Of a stretch of DNA of 64,000 nucleotides, positions 60,949 to 64,000 are shown in pieces. The stretch covers positions 182-64,181 of the forward strand of contig JASGCQ010000003.1 in assembly GCA_030054025.1 (NCBI GenBank), written 5' to 3'. This DNA is from Phycisphaerales bacterium (GTDB lineage: Bacteria > Bacteroidota > Bacteroidia > Chitinophagales > Chitinophagaceae). Below the pieces are notes generated by a model. That model made no database searches, was not told the origin of the DNA, and saw nothing but the letters and a program-made list of their open reading frames with translations. Position 1 is the first letter of the stretch. Each line of letters begins with the position of its first letter. The translations under genes and the position numbers were made by a program.

Positions 60949-61428
60949 ATGAAACTTTGGCACACCCTATTGCTTGCAGGCTGTAGTACAATCATATTGG
61001 CAGCTTGTGGCAACGAAAATACCGCAAAGTCAAATACCCCAAAAGGACTAGACCCCGCACTCATCAACAATCCTCGCTCGGCAGACGGCAACCCCTCCGA
61101 GCAAACCAAAGGACTCGCTACAATGGATTTTGTGGACACTACACATGATTTTGGCACACTTCAAGAAGGAGAAGCAGTCTCTTACGATTTCAAATTTACC
61201 AACAATGGCAAAGCACCGCTACTCATCGCCAATGCAGCAGGGACTTGCGGTTGTACCATTCCCAATTACCCTAGAGTTCCTATTGCTCCAGGGCAAAGTG
61301 CCGTCATCAATGTAAAATACAATTCACAAGGCAAAGTGGGGCATCAAAATAAAATGGTGAACATCTTTACCAACAGCAATAAAGGCTCTCATCAGCTCAA
61401 CATCATTGCCGAAGTTTTAGAAAAATAA
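60949..61428 (+). CDS. DUF1573 lipoprotein (likely start 60949)
   Basis: LAAC lipobox; HDFG...F.FTNNG..PL.I....GTCGCT.P...IAPG. Confidence 0.9.
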   Translation: MKLWHTLLLAGCSTIILAACGNENTAKSNTPKGLDPALINNPRSADGNPSEQTKGLATMDFVDTTHDFGTLQEGEAVSYDFKFTNNGKAPLLIANAAGTCGCTIPNYPRVPIAPGQSAVINVKYNSQGKVGHQNKMVNIFTNSNKGSHQLNIIAEVLEK

Positions 61429-61471
61429 TCCCGAGAACATTTTTATACAAACACAAAAAAACAAACAAAAC

Positions 61472-61822
61472 ATGATAATGAACACAGTAATGTTAGATGC
61501 TGCAGGAGCAGCACCCGGTGGCGGATTAGGATTCCCATTGATGATGCTTGCCATGGTAATAGTGATGTACTTCTTTATGATACGTCCGCAAGCCAAAAAA
61601 GCAAAAGAACAAAAGAAATTTACCGAAAGCATTGCCGCAGGCGAGCAAATCATTACCACTGCCGGTATCCATGCCAAAATAGCTAAAGTAAACGACGACG
61701 GCACCTTGAAATTAGAAATCAGCAACAACAATTTCATTACCATCGAGCGTTCGGCTGTGTCTATGGACATGACGATGTCTTATCGTAAAAAAATGAATCC
61801 AACCCCTGTAGCTACTAAATAG
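61472..61822 (+). CDS. yajC: Preprotein translocase subunit YajC
   Basis: MYFFMIRPQ.KK.KEQ.KF...I..G..IIT.AGIH.KI. Confidence 0.93.
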   Translation: MIMNTVMLDAAGAAPGGGLGFPLMMLAMVIVMYFFMIRPQAKKAKEQKKFTESIAAGEQIITTAGIHAKIAKVNDDGTLKLEISNNNFITIERSAVSMDMTMSYRKKMNPTPVATK

Positions 61823-61828
61823 CAAACA

Positions 61829-62413
61829 ATGCTCAAGGTAGGCATTACTGGAGGTATAGGCTCTGGAAAAAGTACAGTATGCCAAGTGTTCGAAACACTT
61901 GGCATACCTGTATTGTATGCCGATGGTATTGCCAAAATGCTCATGGAGCAAGACCCTCAACTGCGTGCGCAAATCATAGCTCTATTGGGTGCAGATGCCT
62001 ATAAGGGCAACAAACTCAATCGGGCCTACATTAGCCAAATCGTATTTGCCGACAGCGAAAGACTCCATCAACTCAACGCACTCACGCACCCTCCCGTAAT
62101 TGCCTATGGCGAAGCTTGGCTGCAACAGCAAAAAAGCGCCTACGCCCTCAAAGAAGCCGCACTTTTTTTCGAATCGGGTAGCGACAAAAATGTGGATCTA
62201 ATGATTGGCGTATCAGCCCCATTACACTTGCGCATACAGCGCAGCATGCAGCGGGAAGACATTTCGGAGCAAGCAGTACAAGAACGTATCGCCAAGCAAA
62301 TGGAGGAGCCCGAAAAAATGAGCCGATGCGATTATCTTATCTATAATGATGATGCTCATTCTATCATCGAGCAAGTACTCGAGCTGCACCAAGTGCTGTT
62401 GCAAAAGGAATAG
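61829..62413 (+). CDS. coaE: Dephospho-CoA kinase
   Basis: VGITGGIGSGKSTV, HP.V, KEAALFFES, RI..QM. Confidence 0.95.
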   Translation: MLKVGITGGIGSGKSTVCQVFETLGIPVLYADGIAKMLMEQDPQLRAQIIALLGADAYKGNKLNRAYISQIVFADSERLHQLNALTHPPVIAYGEAWLQQQKSAYALKEAALFFESGSDKNVDLMIGVSAPLHLRIQRSMQREDISEQAVQERIAKQMEEPEKMSRCDYLIYNDDAHSIIEQVLELHQVLLQKE

Positions 62414-62764
62414 CCCTTTCTACCCTTAACTTTTCTATTTTGTTTGCATTGTAGTTTTATCCGTTTATCAAAATATAGAGATGTGGGGAAATCAATACCC
62501 ACTATCCCAAAACGGTAAACTTACATTCTTGTCAAACAGATGCAAATTCATCTGGTCTGCAAGCATGGCTTCGGTAGCTTTGATACTCGCCCCTTCTCGC
62601 CTCGGTGCACAAAAGCAAAATAATACGACTACAATACGCAAGCCCATAGTACGCTCTACCCCCTGTAATAAACGCTACTGAAAAATTTGGGTTCAAAGCC
62701 CATCAATCAGCTACTTGATTGATGGGCTTTGAATAATGAGCAGCTTAATCTATGCAGGAAAACG

Positions 62765-63427
62765 CTACATATTAATATAATTCATGAGCAACTTATACCT
62801 ATCTACAATATCGTTTTCGATTTTTTGATCGCCGTAGGTATCAAGCACCGTATATTCAAATCGTTCGAGGGCTTGCACCACGGCAGACAAATCGGTACTA
62901 TTGGTTTTTAAGGTTACTTCGAGCTTGTCGGTTGCGACATTGGTTTTGACCTGAGCGCCTAAAATAAGCACTTGTTCATTTTCGCAAATACGGGCTATTT
63001 GAGACAAACTGTAATTGCGAGGCTCCATTTCGAGTACGATGATACCCCCGTTGATATCAATACTGATGTTTTCAACAAGGTATTTGAGCAAGTTATCTTT
63101 GGTAAGCGAGCCTGAATACTCATTATTGTCGGACAATACAGGCAAAATACTGAGTTCATACAAATGAAGTATGCGCAGTGCCTCAAAAGGGTGGGCATTG
63201 ATATTGATTGCAGGGCGAAAATGCTCATAAAACTGAGGGTTCATCTCTTCGGGAGCATCTTGATGCGATTGTAGTTCTTTGATGTCTAACAATCCAAGAT
63301 AGATGTCATCTGCTACAATTGGTATTTGCTCCAATTGCGAGGCAAGAAATAGCGAATTGATATAATCTATACTATCCTTTGGCGCTGCAATAGGCACATC
63401 GGCCGATAAAAGTTGATTGAGGAGCAT
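62765..63427 (-). CDS. CBS domain-containing protein
   Basis: Two CBS repeats, then GGIIVLE...NYSLSQIARICE and RF.Y.V..TY...RY..LM.YI.M, typical of the Bacteroidota family. Confidence 0.88.
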   Translation of the reverse strand: MLLNQLLSADVPIAAPKDSIDYINSLFLASQLEQIPIVADDIYLGLLDIKELQSHQDAPEEMNPQFYEHFRPAININAHPFEALRILHLYELSILPVLSDNNEYSGSLTKDNLLKYLVENISIDINGGIIVLEMEPRNYSLSQIARICENEQVLILGAQVKTNVATDKLEVTLKTNSTDLSAVVQALERFEYTVLDTYGDQKIENDIVDRYKLLMNYINM

Positions 63428-63484
63428 TTTTGGTTTTAGTCTTCTTGTTGCTTACTTTAGATAAGGCTTTCAGGAACAGCAATA

Positions 63485-64000
63485 TTACATTTTATGCTTG
63501 CTCAAGAAATCGTCCAAAATTGTATTAAATTCATCAGGAACTTCCATCATGGGAGCATGTCCACACTTATCTATCCAATGCAATTCGGAATGGAGTAAGA
63601 GTTTTTTAAACTCTTCGGCGACCATTGGGGGGGTAATCGTATCGTTATTGCCCCAAATAAGGCAAGTCGGCGATTTGATTTCATTGAGTTCCTGCCCTAA
63701 ATTATGACGAATGGCAGACTTTGCTAAAGAAATAATTTTCAACGCCTTGATACGGTTGTTTACAATTTCATAGACCTCATCTACCAACTCTTTTGTAGCC
63801 ACATTGGGGTCGTAGAAGGTCAATGCTGTTTTGTGGCGAATAAACTCATAATCTCCGCGTTTAGGGTAAGTTTCACCCATTCCATTTTCAAAAAGACCTG
63901 AGCTGCCAGTGAGGATTAAGGTATGAACTTTTTCTTGATGCTTCAGCGTATATACAAGTGCTATATGCCCGCCAAGTGAATTGCCCAACAAATGAAATTT
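63485..64000 (-). CDS. Alpha/beta hydrolase (N-terminus beyond the window end)
   Basis: GNSLGG nucleophile elbow, LIWG.ND.ITP (Asp), CGHAPM.E (His). Confidence 0.9.
   Translation of the reverse strand, partial: KFHLLGNSLGGHIALVYTLKHQEKVHTLILTGSSGLFENGMGETYPKRGDYEFIRHKTALTFYDPNVATKELVDEVYEIVNNRIKALKIISLAKSAIRHNLGQELNEIKSPTCLIWGNNDTITPPMVAEEFKKLLLHSELHWIDKCGHAPMMEVPDEFNTILDDFLSKHKM

Noticed and set aside
62481-62681. 66-aa ORF after coaE
   Set aside because: No recognisable motif in any frame; left unannotated.
1-64000. CRISPR array, integron attC array or rRNA
   Set aside because: No repeat-spacer periodicity, no recurring attC-like sites and no rRNA-like sequence seen; the only long tandem repeat is in-frame coding.

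Overview
Chromosomal window from a Bacteroidota bacterium (Chitinophagales-like, judged from TAnnTTTG promoters, T9SS cargo proteins and gene content). The housekeeping backbone holds tRNA-Asn, a GT2 glycosyltransferase, fumC, yceD-rpmF-plsX, DUF58, yggS, acpP-fabF-rnc, lolD, tcdA, ahcY, a PfkB kinase, an M23 peptidase, rlmN, plsC, tRNA-Phe, a DbpA-type helicase and nusB-yajC-coaE. Accessory blocks: (1) a five-gene secreted tail-fibre-like/adhesin cluster with a 198-bp intragenic tandem repeat (4.5-11.3 kb); (2) an XRE regulator divergent from a three-gene lipoprotein cassette (14.5-16.9 kb); (3) a cobalamin-riboswitch btu operon whose first two genes carry T9SS C-terminal domains (26.3-31.6 kb); (4) two ECF sigma/anti-sigma-like pairs; (5) a decayed IS21 abutting a possible prophage relic (44.8-46.1 kb); (6) an island behind tRNA-Phe (49.4-58.5 kb). 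The island holds a small serine recombinase, a response regulator-nuclease-HEPN operon (candidate defence system), T9SS cargo, and IS1380/IS21 remnants at its right edge. The most striking observation is a pair of inverted 34-bp sites upstream of the recombinase whose inversion would assemble a perfect Bacteroidota consensus promoter aimed at that gene. All calls come from reading motifs by eye; no searches were run.
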